Assembly: GCA_011109175.1 (NCBI GenBank)
Contig: RDEW01000061.1
Location: 186,001 to 250,000, forward strand
Direction of reading: 5' to 3'
DNA from: Dicyema japonicum
Taxonomy: Eukaryota > Animalia > Dicyemida
Length of the DNA: 64,000 bases
The position numbers were made by a program, and so were the translations under genes. The notes beneath the pieces were generated by a model, which searched no databases, had not been told where the DNA came from, and was given only the letters and a program-made list of their open reading frames with translations. Numbering within the stretch: the stretch's first letter is position 1; each line of letters begins with the position of its first letter. Shown in pieces: positions 1 to 12,829 of the stretch.

Positions 1-327
1 AAGTATCAAACAAATGACGTTGAGGTGACATTTGACATCTCTTGATTTGTTCATTTTCGAGTTTATAAGAAACAGACAGTTTTTATAAGACCTGACAAAC
101 CAAAATCTGTACTGTTGGTTTTTTAGGGAGTCACTCCTTTCTATAGCTCATGATAGCCATATACTATAGAGCAGATCAAACAGACCGTAGCTTACTAGGT
201 CTTTTTTGGATTTTCCTCGTTTAGGTTGTGATCTATGTGGGGTAGGTACTGAGATTTTCTGCAAGGATATTGCTCGGCCATCAACCGTGTCAGCGTTATG
301 TGTACCAACTCCTTGTGTTCGTTTTAA

Positions 328-2355
328 ATGATTCATAAAAATCGCAATTTTACACCAATGACGCGTTCAAAACACATCATATTTTATGACTATATTAATG
401 CTGACTGGACAAGATTCAGAAAATACGTGGATTCGGCCCTATTAAATTTCCATCCGAATAATTTCAACTCAATTGATCGAGCAGTCTATCACTTTAATAA
501 GGTGATTTTGGAAGGAAGAAAACTATTTGTCAGAAAAGGAATCTTAAAGCTCACTAAGAAGAAATATGATATAAGCACAATCAAACTAATAAAAGAAAGG
601 AATTGTCTCAAACGTAAAAAGCACATAACAAAACATGATACTAACAGAATCCGAGCACTGAACATGAAGGTCAACGAAAAGACGAAACTTCTCCAAAAAC
701 AAAACTGGGCCAAATTTCTAGAGCTATGAAAAAAAATAGTTCACTTACCAAGATGTGGAAAATGCTGCGAAATATCAAGAATGCTGAAAACAATATCGAG
801 GGAGACCGTGAACAGGAGGTGGATCTGAATAAATTTATCAAACATTGTGTGAGAATAAGCCACAAACCAGTCCAAAGGATGGACATTCCCCCACAAAAAA
901 AACCGAAACCGAAAAGGAAGCACCTAACAATGTATGTTTTACCGGGAGATGTCGCTTTTGGAGATCTATCGAACAAAGAAAACACATTCCTGTGGACCGG
1001 ACGGGATCCCGGTTATTCTGTTAAAAAGATGGCACAATGGGAGTATCAGCACTAACATGCATCTTCAACTACTCAATCAACTTCAACTGTATTCCCGTTA
1101 TATGGAAACTTTAGAATATTCATCCAATACTGAAGCCTGGGAAACCAAAGGAGGACTCTGCTTCTCACAGGCCTTTGTCGCTCTTGTGCGTCCAGATAAG
1201 AATCATAGAAAAGATGGTTATGATACTCACACGACATTCCTTCCCGGAAGCCAGTTTTCAGCATGGTTTTAAAGAGACGATCAACTTTCACACACCTAAA
1301 TATTGAAGAAGTTCATAACAGATGACCTTACAAAAACCAGGACAGAAAAAAACGATTGTATGCTCAATTGATATCCAGAAGGCTTTTGACTCGGTTTCGA
1401 GGAAGATTATCTCGCACAAAATATATTCGTCGAACATTGACGCAAACCTGAAATTATGGTTGGGAAATTTCTTGAGTGGTCGACGTGGACGAATACACTA
1501 TGGCAATCGATGTTCCGTATCGAGACTATTAGCAAATGGCGCTCCCCAGGGCTCCCCATTATTTCCCCTATTGTTGTGATGGATGACTTGCCACTTTCCC
1601 AGGAGGACGATAACATATTGTTAACGTATGCTGATGATATAGTCATTGCTTCGAAAGATGTGAGTATCGTGGAAGCAACGAAAAGAATACAGGACAATAT
1701 GAATAAATTAAGTTTATGGCTTTGGGAAAATAAGGTGACTGCTAGCCCGGAGAAGTCGGTGTCGACCCTATTCACGACAAACAGAAGACTAGGGAAAGTA
1801 TCAATTGACGTCACACTGGATGGGAAGATTATCCGCAAAACAAATACCAGAAAATCCTGGGAGTCACCTTGGACACCTTCTTAACCTTTACAAAATATGT
1901 CGAAAATATGTTATTGATTTGTGCGAGGAAACTCAACTTCCTGAAGGCGTTCTTGTGAAACCTAAGAGACATGAAAGATCTGAGTGGTCTGGATGTCATA
2001 TACAAACAGTTCATCGAGGCTACAATAGGATACGCATGTAATATCTGGGGATCTAATCTTTCAGCAACGAATTTGGACAAGATATGCAACATTCAAGTAA
2101 AGACAGCAAACCTACAATGGAATATTCCCGAGTGGAAATCCTGCCTAAAAACCTAGAAAATATGATAGAGGAGACTGGAACAGTGCCTCTGCGAAGGACT
2201 CGGGTATGCGGACCCCGTTCATATCGGAATTGCGCAGGGACGCAGTCGGAACACCGAGAAAAAAATGCGGAGACTGCTAATGGAGACTGGGATCACCTGA
2301 ATTTGTTTATTTTGGATATGACGGTGTTTTTTTGGTTTAATAAAATAAAATAAAT
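328..2355 (+). mobile_element. Degraded, 5'-truncated non-LTR retrotransposon (LINE ORF2: RT and C-terminus)
   Basis: Frameshifted RT motifs GPDGIP, SIDIQKAFDSV, NGAPQGSPLFP, TYADDIV. ORF2 ends ...ETGIT* followed by an A-rich tail; the same end recurs at ~17630 and ~51190. Confidence 0.9.
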
Positions 2356-3049
2356 AAGCAACATCTTACCATCTGACTTTCAGAGGAAAATCAAGTCCGT
2401 TTCTGTCCTTGGGCACATAAATTTTCAATATGTTGCTAAGAATGTATTAATTTTCGGTGTCGAATAACTTTTTAGTTAGTATGTTTCTGGACACTCGTCG
2501 AAAGCCTTCCGAATGTTCAACTTAAAATAACAAAGTCGAAGATGACGACGGAGTGTGTTGAATCCATCTAGATTGCAGGTCAGAAAAGATTTTTACAGGA
2601 CAAGTTCCTCGATGAAAAATGATAGACATCACACCACGAATATAGTTTCTAAACGTCCTGGTTTACTAGCCTTCGGAACAGATACAACGATAAAGTTTGT
2701 GAGTTAATAGCAGAGTTTAAAAACATATAAATTGCCCTGATACAAACCAACTCTCGACCGTGAATTAACCTGGATTAAAATCCATTAAGTTCCAACCGAC
2801 TCAAAATTATGACAATCAAATTTAAAATTTTTATTTGGAGAGTTTGAACTTTTCGATGTTATGTGAATTGAATTTTTAGTTAAGGATATAGTTGGTTTGG
2901 CGAGTCGTCATTGAAAATTGCATTGTTGAGAAGGTAGAATTTGTAAACAACTCGGATATATTCTAGGAATACAAGTTTACGTTCTTTAAGTGAATGACCA
3001 TTTTTCAAAGCTATAAGAGAAGTCCATTCCTTGAAGTTGTGTAAACTTG

Positions 3050-3135
3050 AGACAGGTGGATCACATTACTCCACTCTATTAAGAAGGGAAAGAGGAGGAA
3101 AAAACAAAACAAGCAAAAAATTTCAATCAATTAGC
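3050..3135 (-). repeat. Dispersed repeat: 3' part of a LINE family
   Basis: gagacaggtggatcacattactccactcta...gaggagg matches 18518-18600, 27830-27880 and the reverse complements at 43380-43440 and 52020-52110. At 43380 it lies downstream of an RT. Confidence 0.6.
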
Positions 3136-3658
3136 CATGTAGAACCACATGGCGCCATGCGGCGAAAGTATATTCAAAATTTGATTTTCATAATAAACCA
3201 CTTATTATTATATAGCCACGCACGGTATCCCAAGATCATGACAAAGCATGTTCAACACGAAAAGTTAACAATCTAATTAACATCGCCTATCTTTATCGAT
3301 CCGATGTCATGTTCCGTAGCATATATAGATCATTCCCATATTTAAGGCACTTTCCAATCCTTCTGAAAACTTCATCTAGGGTTACCGGCAGTGTTGTACT
3401 TGGCCTCCGCGAAAACGCGAAGCCTCTAAAATAAAATACTTTTCTATTGATGTGTTGGCAGGAGTCCTCATATCGTGTCGGTGTATTTGTTCAAACAACT
3501 TTCATCTTGAATCAGTACTATCACATAAACCTTTTCATTTTTCATTATATTTAACCACCAATTTAATCTTATCTTAAAACTTTTTACAATTGTTAGAAAG
3601 AAAATAAAAAATAGAAAAAGATAATATTAACTTAATTAGTGTTTGAATAAAAATTCAA

Positions 3659-4983
3659 ATGGAGTCTCATGTTTGTGGTGATACACAAAGCATTCAAAGA
3701 ACAAAGGTTTCAATATTATCATTTCAAATTAGCCATGGAAGATGAATAAGAAACGATATTGTCTCCTTATTTGCTACAACGGTAAAAAATACAAAGGGAT
3801 GCAAAGGTTCTTTAAACTTTAATTCATAGCATGCCAGACGTAAGGACAATTGAAGGAGAGCTTATCAGCGCTCTTAAGAAAGCCGAACTAATAGATCCCG
3901 AAAATATAAAGAATGTATTTTTTTAGAAAATTTCAGCTTTACTTTCAAAGAACATCCAGAACTGACAAAGGAGTTTCTGCCTTACGTAACGCTGTTGCCT
4001 TGCAAGTAGTTGTTTGTTCTCAATTAGATAACCTCGAATATTACTGGTAATCTAGACCGCGTTAATTCTCTGTTACCACCTGACATTCGAATATTTAGTA
4101 ATATCTCTTTTATTTTATGGTGCTCAGCGAGTTTCTCGGTCTTTTAATTGTCATAAACTTTGTGGCTTTCGTAGTTATTTGTACTATATTCCGTTATTCG
4201 CTTTGATTCCAGATGTGGTTAGATTTTTTAGTTACTTTTAGTTTTCGTGGGACCAAATCCCAGACGATAACCAATCCGCTATTTTAGATTCAAAGATAGC
4301 TGAGTTAAAAGAACTGCTGCAGTATTACGTGGGAACTCACAACTTCCACAATTTCACATGTAAAAAGTATTAGTGCTGTTATTTCAGTGAACTGATCTCA
4401 AAAAGTAATAATCGCCACATTTTTTCGATTGAAGTATGTCCAACTGAAGATATTTTAGTCAATGGGATTAAGACGATTCAGTTTATTCCAGTCCGCCTTG
4501 TCGGACAGAGTTTTATGTTGCATCAAATCCGCAAAATGATTGGAGTGGTTATTTCAATTTGCAGAGAACTAAAAGGAAGAGATTATATTTCTCAATTATT
4601 TGGAACGATAAAGTTGAAAACATGATAATTTTTAGCAAATTACTCCAACTGCTCCAAGTTATGGCTTATTACTTGAAAATGTTTGTGGGTGTTGTCTATT
4701 GTAGATTAATTATTCTGAGTATAATAAACGAAGACAAAAGAGTGAACTTCATCAGCTTGATTGGACAAACCATGATGTTCGCTTTCAATTGTATGCTTTT
4801 AGGAACAGATTTTTGAGTTTTTGCGTGAAAATATATTGCCCGATTTAGCTGTGAATGAGTGTGAACTATCAATGTAAGTTTTTGCGTTATTTAAGAATGG
4901 GTGATTGGCTTAAATGGATGAGTGACAACAAGTTGCTCAATCTGAGGATATTTTACTGTGACTTAATTTTATTAACTTTCTAA
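3659..4983 (+). CDS. PUS1: tRNA pseudouridine synthase 1 (TruA family), 11 micro-introns of 21-26 nt
   Basis: Spliced translation gives YNGKKYKGMQ, RTSRTDKGVSALRN (catalytic Asp), YVGTHNFHNFT, GQSFMLHQIRKMIG, PTAPSYGLLLE. Two introns need a non-canonical site or a 1-nt correction (see findings). Confidence 0.93.
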
Positions 4984-5084
4984 GATGATTGATATGTAGT
5001 TTTTTTATGATTAATTTTTGTTTTAATTTTTATTTCGTATTTGATTGGTCTGACTTTTCTATTTAAACTGTCTGTTTTAATAGC

Positions 5085-5170
5085 TACAAGTCCACCCGGA
5101 GATGCTTCTAAGTTCGAATCTCGCTTCTGTCAATTTCAACCAAAAGTTCCAGGCATCTACGATGCTTGTT
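5085..5170 (+). mobile_element. Partial tRNA-derived SINE copy
   Basis: B-box GTTCGAATC followed by AAGTTCCAGGCATCTACGATGCT, matching the body of the SINE at 9950-10153. Confidence 0.6.
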
Positions 5171-5273
5171 AATTTTACTGGTGACGTGTGTTAGATGTGT
5201 CGTAATTAATTTATTTTTTATTTTTATTAAACTTAGTTGAATGTCGTTCTTATCACATTTATTACCTAGTAGC

Positions 5274-5289
5274 AATCATCATAATATTT
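5274..5289 (+). repeat. Left target-site duplication of the RTE (AATCATCATAATATTT)
   Basis: Identical 16-mer at 8326-8341. Confidence 0.9.
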
Positions 5290-8200
5290 TGGTTGAGCTG
5301 GTGACGTGGCTCTATTGCACACATATCTTTTTCGTGCTTTTCTTCAGGATCTTTCACTATCAGCTAGTTCACTGTAAGAGGATTAAAGTCGGATACTAAA
5401 AGAAGAAATTTATGCGTGGATTTTGGATCGTACAATGTAACCGTGGCATGCTTACATGAAACAAAAGTGAAAGGCGGACTAGATGAAATCAACAATGATT
5501 TCCGCCTGATTATGCACCCTTCGAATTGCCCACACTCCGGCATGGGATTTGCAATACAAAAAGAACTGAACAATCGAATCCACAAGACGTGGAGGGTGAG
5601 CGATAGAATATGTGTTTTACAATTAAAATACGGTGAAAGGAACAATTCCATAATCTCCATTATTAATGTATATGCACCAACTTCGGTGAGAGTATCAATC
5701 AATGGAGACGAACTAGACGACTTCTATTCCTCCCTGTCGCAACTATATGCATCTTTGGAAACATCGTTCATGACATACATCGCCGGAGATTGGAACGCAA
5801 AGGCAGGACGTGGGAGTAGTCACGAAGAATTCATGGGAAGCCATGGAAGGGGGATCAGGAACCATTCAGGAGAATCGCTTATCGAATTTTGCAATACATT
5901 CAAACTATTTCTATGCAACACTGCTTTCAGGCACTCAGCAAGACATAAGACGACATGGAGCTGCTACCGAAAGGACAAATCTGGGACTATCAAGCCTATA
6001 TATAACCAAATAGATTACATTATCTGCAAACAAGCCTACAAGGCACTGCTAACAGATTCTCGGAGCTACAGTGGGACACTAGTAGATAGTGATCACAGAT
6101 TGGTTGTGGCACGTTTCCTTTTCAAACGATATTTTGGGGTTTCCAAAGCGGCTGGCATGAGGATATCTGAGGGGAGGTTCGCAGTAGAGCAACTCTGCAT
6201 GGTGGGACCGACTCGGGAAAGCTATCAAAATACATTGAGAGAAAAGATCAGACAGTGGAATAAAGAAAAAATGCCTGGGGAGCTGTGGCAAGACACCATC
6301 GATGCAATAAAGTGCGCGGCCCATTCAACAGTCGGAGTAAAACCGAAGCATTTCAACGGGCACTATGACCACGAGCTTGAAGAACTATCCAAATTGCAGA
6401 GGAACCTACGTTTACAGGTCGAAACCTGCAGGACCAGGCAAAGGAACACACTCTAAGAGTCATGCGGAACCAAACCCTGTATAAAATAAAGAAAAGAACG
6501 AGGGAAATAAAGGAAAATAAACTTGCTGGAATGGCTAAAGAAGTAGAAAGACTCAAAAACGGAGCGCAGATGTTCAAGGCTGTTCACCTACTACATAGAG
6601 ACACGCAGTCATCAAAAATCACAATACATGACCAGTTTGGAAAGACTATGTTAAACAAAAATGAAATTCTATCGGCCATATCCAGCCATTATCAGCAGGC
6701 CTTCAATCAAAACCACGGGGAAAAAATCAAACAATTCGATGGTGAAGCACGAGAACTAAATATTCCGATAACGATTCTGGAAACAAAAAAAGCCCTGGAC
6801 AAACTGAACAACAATAGAGCTGCTGGCCCTGACAACATAAATGCAGAACTTCTCAAATATGCACCGACCGAGATCTCTGAACTATTAACTGAGATATACA
6901 ACAAAACATTCAAATACAACTCACCACTGGATGTGGGTAATGGCACACTAATTGCACTACAAAAACCGGGCAAAGCTAAAGGCCCCTTAACGAATTTAAG
7001 ACCCATCGTACTATTGACGACTCTACGCAAGACACTATCACTTATAGTGCTGAACAGGATTGGATCTGACATCGAGAACTTTCTCTCTCACGGTCAAAGC
7101 GGATTCAGGTCAGGGAGATCTACAGCTGATGTGGTCTGGGGACATCGATGGCTTTGTGCAACACATCAAAAGTACAAGGGGCTATTGGCATCCTTGGCAT
7201 GGACATGTCCAAAGCCTTTGACTCTATACACAGAGGGAGACTTTTGGATATCTTGGAGAAGTTGGTTGACGAGGACAGTGTCAGAATGATCCGTCTATTA
7301 CTTGGAACAACGCAGCTAAGTGTACGTTTTGGAAATTTGGAGTCTGTCCCATTCGAGACAACGTTCGGGGTACCGCAGGGAGATTCCTTGTCACCGGTAC
7401 TTTTTGTGACATATCTGGAGGCGGCACTCAGAGACTTCAGACTATTAATTGGCGATCTACCTCAAACTGAAGTGATTTATGCAGATGATATCGACTATAT
7501 ATCCAGCGACGAGAAAACATTAAACTATATACGGACAAGGATGCCAGATGTCTAGAAAAATGGTTCATCAAAATCAATACGGAAAAGACGGAGACAACTA
7601 CCATACGCCGTGAACTAACCCGAACTGATGAAAAATGGAGATACTGTAAAAAATTGGGGTCGTTGCTCGGAGACGCTGAGGATATCACTAACAGGAAGAT
7701 GTTGGCCGTCGCGGCCTTTAGAAAAATGGGAGTAGTCTGGAATCATCGTAAACAAATTAGCACACAATTACGTGTGAGACTATATAATGCCTTCGTGAAA
7801 CCAGTCCTAATGTACAACGCTGCAACCTGGGGTGTCTCAGAAGCGGTAATGGACAAACTAGATGCCTTCCATCGTAAGCAACTCCGACTGTTGCTTGGCA
7901 TCAACTGGCCGAAAAAAATTACAAACAAGAATCTATACAAAGTATGTAATACAAGACCATTGAGTCTGGATATCCTGGAATCAAGATGGCGTCTGTTTGG
8001 TCACATCCTTCGAATGAGCCAGATGACGCCTGCTAAAATAGCAATGGATAACTATTTCTGCCCAGAAGTGAATACCTCGTTCCGTGGAAGACCTCGCATA
8101 ACTTTGCCAGAGGTTCTACACAAGGACCTGACCAATGTAGGACGAAAGCTGAAAACTGGAGATGATCTAGATACGCTCGGAATAACTGCCTGTAACCGCG

Positions 8201-8325
8201 GAGCATGGAGGAAGTTGGTCAAAAGAATTGTGGAAAAAAATAACCTGAAGAAAAATACGGCACAAGCGGAACCTTAATTAAATAAATTACATTTTTGGTT
8301 CTTCGAAAGTGCTATTAATAATAAT
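5290..8325 (+). mobile_element. Near full-length RTE-clade non-LTR retrotransposon (APE endonuclease plus RT), with lesions
   Basis: APE motifs ACLHETK, NVYAPT, GDWNAK, NQIDYI, SDH; RT motifs GPDNI, GVPQGDSLSP, YADD; RTE-type C-terminus RWRLFGHILR...RGRPR; (TAA)n tail. Stops or frameshifts at ~5365, ~6455, ~7170 and ~7553. Confidence 0.95.
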
Positions 8326-8341
8326 AATCATCATAATATTT
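8326..8341 (+). repeat. Right target-site duplication of the RTE
   Basis: Identical to 5274-5289, directly after the (TAA)n tail. Confidence 0.9.
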
Positions 8342-8498
8342 ACTCGATTTCTTCCATTGTACACGTCAAATCTTCTATTAGAGAAGTCATTACACCCCCG
8401 TTATCCCTTCTAACCTCGAATAACTCTTGTTCCAATCTCTCGCACATGGAAGTTCTCTCATTCAACCAAATGTCATCATTTTGTTCTGTTAACTGCAT
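8340..8498 (-). CDS. Possible 52-aa small ORF (MQLTEQNDDIW...TMEEIE)
   Basis: Open ATG-to-TAA frame in AT-rich flanks; no recognised homology. Confidence 0.25.
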   Translation of the reverse strand: MQLTEQNDDIWLNERTSMCERLEQELFEVRRDNGGVMTSLIEDLTCTMEEIE

Positions 8499-9135
8499 TT
8501 TCTAGTTAATTTTTTATCATTAACTGGTACTGTAGTTGTGTTTTGTTTTGATTTTTTTAACTTTTCTATTTGTACTGTTTGCTCTAAGGACTTGAAACTT
8601 TGATGAGATATATTGATATTATTGCAAAAGCGGGGTGTTTTGGCGATTCATTGATTGTTTTCGTCAACGAATGCAATGCTATTTGGATGATTTGCTGAAA
8701 TTTGATATCTTCAATAAACGGATGATTGGTCCATTCAAATACAAAATTTTAATCTATGACGGCGAATATGAATTAATAGACCTCAAAAATAATAAATTTT
8801 ATAAAATTGCAAAACACGCAAATTGATCAGTTTTTGCAGAATTCAGCAATTAAAAAAAAGTTTTCAAAACTGTGGAACTGCAGAAGGATGAATTCTCCAT
8901 TCAAAAGCAAAATTTTCAAACTTCATACCTTGCCGAAATAAGATTCATCTCTTTTAAATGAACTAAAATAGTTTGTGATTATATGACTTTAAGTCAAATT
9001 AAGCACATATATTGAAACGTAACGAAAAGTTAGGCATATTCGTAACAATTGTTTCCGACTTAATAAAACTTTATCAACATCAAGGTTGTAATATTTAAAT
9101 TCGATTTTTACGGCTTAAAATATAAATTTAGAAAA

Positions 9136-9206
9136 AGGGAGCAAGAGGAATCGAACCCCTGACCATTCGATCTGCAGTCGAACGCTCTACCCTGAGCTAT
9201 ACTCCC
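9136..9206 (-). tRNA. tRNA-Cys(GCA)
   Basis: Reverse complement GGGAGTATAGCTCAGGGTAGAGCGTTCGACTGCAGATCGAATGGTCAGGGGTTCGATTCCTCTTGCTCCCT folds as a cloverleaf. Anticodon stem TTCGA/TCGAA, loop CT-GCA-GA, followed by a T-run terminator. Confidence 0.97.
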
Positions 9207-9949
9207 TTTTCTAATTGTAAAATATTACACTTAAAATTATCTCATTCTTATTTAAATTTATCTTTGGTTTTCTCTTAATTTTAAAACCTATCGTACTAAA
9301 GTCAACTCTTTGTGCACACATAACGTTATTCAGTTTAGTAGAATCTAGGATTATGTTCATCACTTATTCTGCTTTAAATGACATATTCTTTCCGACTTTG
9401 TAAGGATGTGATATTCTATAACTACTTGATATTAAAATTTTGTTCTTGAGGCCAGAAATACAGCCTTTAAGGATTTACCTAAGAACTTTTTCCGTAATAC
9501 ATTTGGAATTATATTTATTATATTTTACTGTGGTTTACGTAGATCATCTTTTATTATAATAAAACAAATCTAAACTCATTTTACGAGTTCTCGATTGGCA
9601 TCTGAAAAATAGTCATCTATTTTTTTATTTAAGGATCATCGAACATCGATATTGGTCACACATACTGTTACCTTACATATAAAGAGTATCATTACTATAA
9701 AGAGTATTATATAGAACAAAGCGGATTGCTGAAATTCATGAATTTAGTATTGAATCTATTATTAAATTCCACGGAAATTAAAATTCCATTCTGACTAAAG
9801 CTTATAATAATAATATAATAATAATTAAGCACTATCGCGTTGCCATAAGCACGTAAAATGCCTAGGGTTTCGCTCGTGCAATACATATTTTATTTAAGTA
9901 AAGAACAGTTATTATAACTAATCGTAGAGGGAGAACCAAGGAATGCTCT

Positions 9950-10153
9950 TCACTTCTTTGTTTTTTTTCTTGTGTGTATGTCATTTTGACTATCCAGTTC
10001 CGCAGTGTATCTCCACTAATGACGGCGTTACTCGTCAAGCCCTTTTAGCATCGTAGATGCGTGGAACCTTCCACCAGGTGAACATCAGCGAGAATCGAAC
10101 CCGTGACCTAAGCCACTTTAGCCCGAAACCTAACCACTATGCCACCCGGGCTC
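9950..10153 (-). mobile_element. tRNA-derived SINE (most complete copy)
   Basis: A-box TGGCATAGTGG, B-box GGTTCGATTC, body GGTTCCACGCATCTACGATGCT, A-rich tail; related copies at ~5085 and ~51560. Confidence 0.8.
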
Positions 10154-10329
10154 ATAAATGTCTTGTTTTCAAGAGAATCATGCCAAAACATATTGGCAGC
10201 ATTTATCATTTTTGCTCGATCTATTGCAAATATTTGTAGACACATTTCTATTTCATTATTGTAAAAGCAAAATTTAAACTTTCTATCCCGGGATAAGTCC
10301 TCCATTTACCGAACCACAATTTGATGGCA

Positions 10330-10800
10330 AAATACCATTTAGATATCATTTTGATTTGAAGTCGACCGTATACGGGATATCTGGATTCGTACATGAAATC
10401 TGATTTTCACTCCATTCTGGAGGGCAGCAGAGTCAGGATGATGCCTTTCAAAAAGCTACCGGAGTCCTCAAAACAACACCGATATATTTTCTGTTGTCTG
10501 AAGCCTTTCCTAAAACTAGAGCTGTTCAGTCCATACCAAGTGTAGTTTTGTGAACCTTTTTTGACGATGATTCGGTTCGAGTCTCACTTTGTCTTTAAGT
10601 GAAGATTTGCAGTCAAGGATTAACGGTTTTGGATAACACCTGCTACTTTGCAGAGAAGGAACGCCGGCAGGGTCCTCAGACAAAAATCCTTAGTAGATAG
10701 GAATTGGACAGTTTAGTTTTCCGTATGTACTTGAACCTGATGTATGTCAGACGCGATGATAAACGACCGGATGGAAAGAGTAAAGAACATAAAGGAAATC
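10330..10800 (+). mobile_element. CRE-like non-LTR retrotransposon remnant (C-terminal zinc finger plus RLE)
   Basis: Degenerate DDDSVRVS, HLLLC and LEP..V.RDDKRPDGK motifs. Confidence 0.6.
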
Positions 10801-10946
10801 CTTCGACCAAGTAGGTAGCAGTGTGGGAATGGAGCGAACTTATTTTATTAATATAATTATATCTAAGAATATTTATTCAGTTATTTTATTTTTCATTTAT
10901 TTTATATCTATTATTCAAATTTGTAAAACTTTAAATATACTTTTGT

Positions 10947-12104
10947 ATGTCAAAGTACACGAAGGATTATTTACTTTCATTAACATCTCCAGAATTAGCA
11001 ACAAATATCGAACTAAACTGGGATTGCACGAACTGGACATTAGACAGCATGCTTAATATTTTTAAAAATAATTTATTGAATTTTCAAATCGGAAAAAAAT
11101 ATAAATTTAGTTAAATTGAAATTATATTTTAGAAATTGAATTTGAAAATCAACGATTTTTAATAAAAGCAAAAATCTCAGACTTATTAAATTGGTTGAAC
11201 CAATCCGAAGTTGATTCCCCATTTAAAGGCTTCAGTCCACAAGATTACTTTGCATATTTATCTTACCAGCACATATCTGAGTTATTTTTAAATGATGCTC
11301 AGATTTTTAGCGTAGTTATCATATAATTTTGAGGACATTGATTGGTCCGTTTTTGGGTTTTCTACATACTCGGGACACAATTCCACTTTGTGGTTAGGAT
11401 CTCCCGGTGCCTATACCCCACTCCACTACGACACATATGGATTTAACATTGTAGTTCAAATTTTTGGGAGGTTAATTATTTTTAAAAATTTATATTTAAA
11501 TAATTTTATTTAAATTAAGGAAACGATGGACGTTGTTTCCACCATCAGATAGTCCATATCTATACCCAGTAAGAGTCCCTTATGAAGAATCCTCCGTTTT
11601 TAGTGCGATTAATGTAAACAATCCTGATTTGGATAAATACCCTCTTTATGTGGTAAAATAAAACTTTATATTCAAGAAATCTTCTCCTGTTGTGTTTGAA
11701 CTTGGTCCAAAATCTGTTTTATTTGTTCCGCGACATTGGTGGCACTTTGTGGAGAATTTGGAAGTTTCGTTGGCTATAAATTGTTGGATGGAGATTGTAA
11801 CCTAATTATTTTATTTCTAAGCCACAAGACGACTCTGAAAGAGAATTGGAGGCAATTGCAAAGTTGATAAATTCAGCATTTTTGAATGCAGATGCTGAAG
11901 CCTATTGCACGTGGATGAACGACGATTCTGAGGTTTTTGATGTCATTTGTATTTTAGCCACAAAGTGTTGAAACCTGTATTCAAATTCTGAACCAAGCTT
12001 GCGGGACTGATAATATTTCTACTGAAGATGTATTCAACACTATTACCTCAAGACCAGTTCTAGAGCTTATCTCCTCTATGCTGAAAAATCGGCTTAATTT
12101 TTAA
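10947..12104 (+). CDS. HSPBAP1: JmjC-domain protein HSPBAP1/PASS1, 6 introns (23, 22, ~49, 24, 25, 25 nt)
   Basis: Spliced translation STLWLGSPGAYTPLHYDTYGFNIVVQIFGRKRWTLFPP, YPVRVPYEESSVFS, VLFVPRHWWHFVEN; HxD...H iron ligands intact. Confidence 0.93.
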
Positions 12105-12199
12105 AATTTAAATAAGATTTTTAAAATGTATGATTATAAACTGAATTAGTCTAATTTCCGTGTTCATTTGATAGCCCAGACGAGCATAATAATTGTCAA

Positions 12200-12780
12200 A
12201 GTTAGATTATCGAATCCACTGGTAACATGACTTTTTTACATCTTACAAATAATGGTCTTTTAATGCTGAGGTTTGCGTTGAAGGCCTTCCTTGATGAATT
12301 TTGTCAAGCAAGTAAGGTGAGTAGTTGTGGAACGAGACTTTTTAAAGCCATGTTGAAATGAAATGTCTGGGAGGTGAGGTTCAATTTGATCGAGAATTAG
12401 TTTTTCCAGGATTTTGGAGGTGGCAAACAGGAGGTATATTAATTAGTATGAAGACGGTTAGTCCTTCGGCCGTCCAGGTTTTAAGATGGGGCGAATATGG
12501 GATAAATTTTCCATAGACTAGGAATCGAGTTCCTACTGATGTAGAGGTTGTAAATTCTGGTCAAGGCCAAGATGGTAAGTACGTTTATTTATAAATCATC
12601 TTAAGTACAATAAAGGGAATTTCATAAGACGAGTTCTGATTTTGAATATCCTTCTGCACTACTTTCATTGAAAGTCTGTTCGAGGTTGCCTCGCGTTTTG
12701 GTTTTATGAGGATGTGGGAGGACCCTCAATTTTCTGATGTGGGATGAAACTCACGGAGGAGTAAACTTTTATAATCTTGT
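12200..12780 (-). mobile_element. LINE RT N-terminal remnant
   Basis: HIRPILKPGRPKD.PSSY...SKILEKLILDQIEPHLPDISFQHGFKKSRSTT. Confidence 0.8.
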
Positions 12781-12829
12781 TTAAAAAGTTCTTGTTCTCC
12801 TTTAACTTTTTCACTTTAACAACTTTATT

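Noticed and set aside
5290-5345. HDV-like ribozyme at the RTE 5' end
   Set aside because: Only 10 nt lie between the candidate P1 strands, too few for P2, P3 and L3.
9480-9760. Tyrosine recombinase (Crypton/DIRS) remnant, IFYCGLRRSS
   Set aside because: A single short motif with stops, and no properly spaced HxxR or catalytic Tyr.
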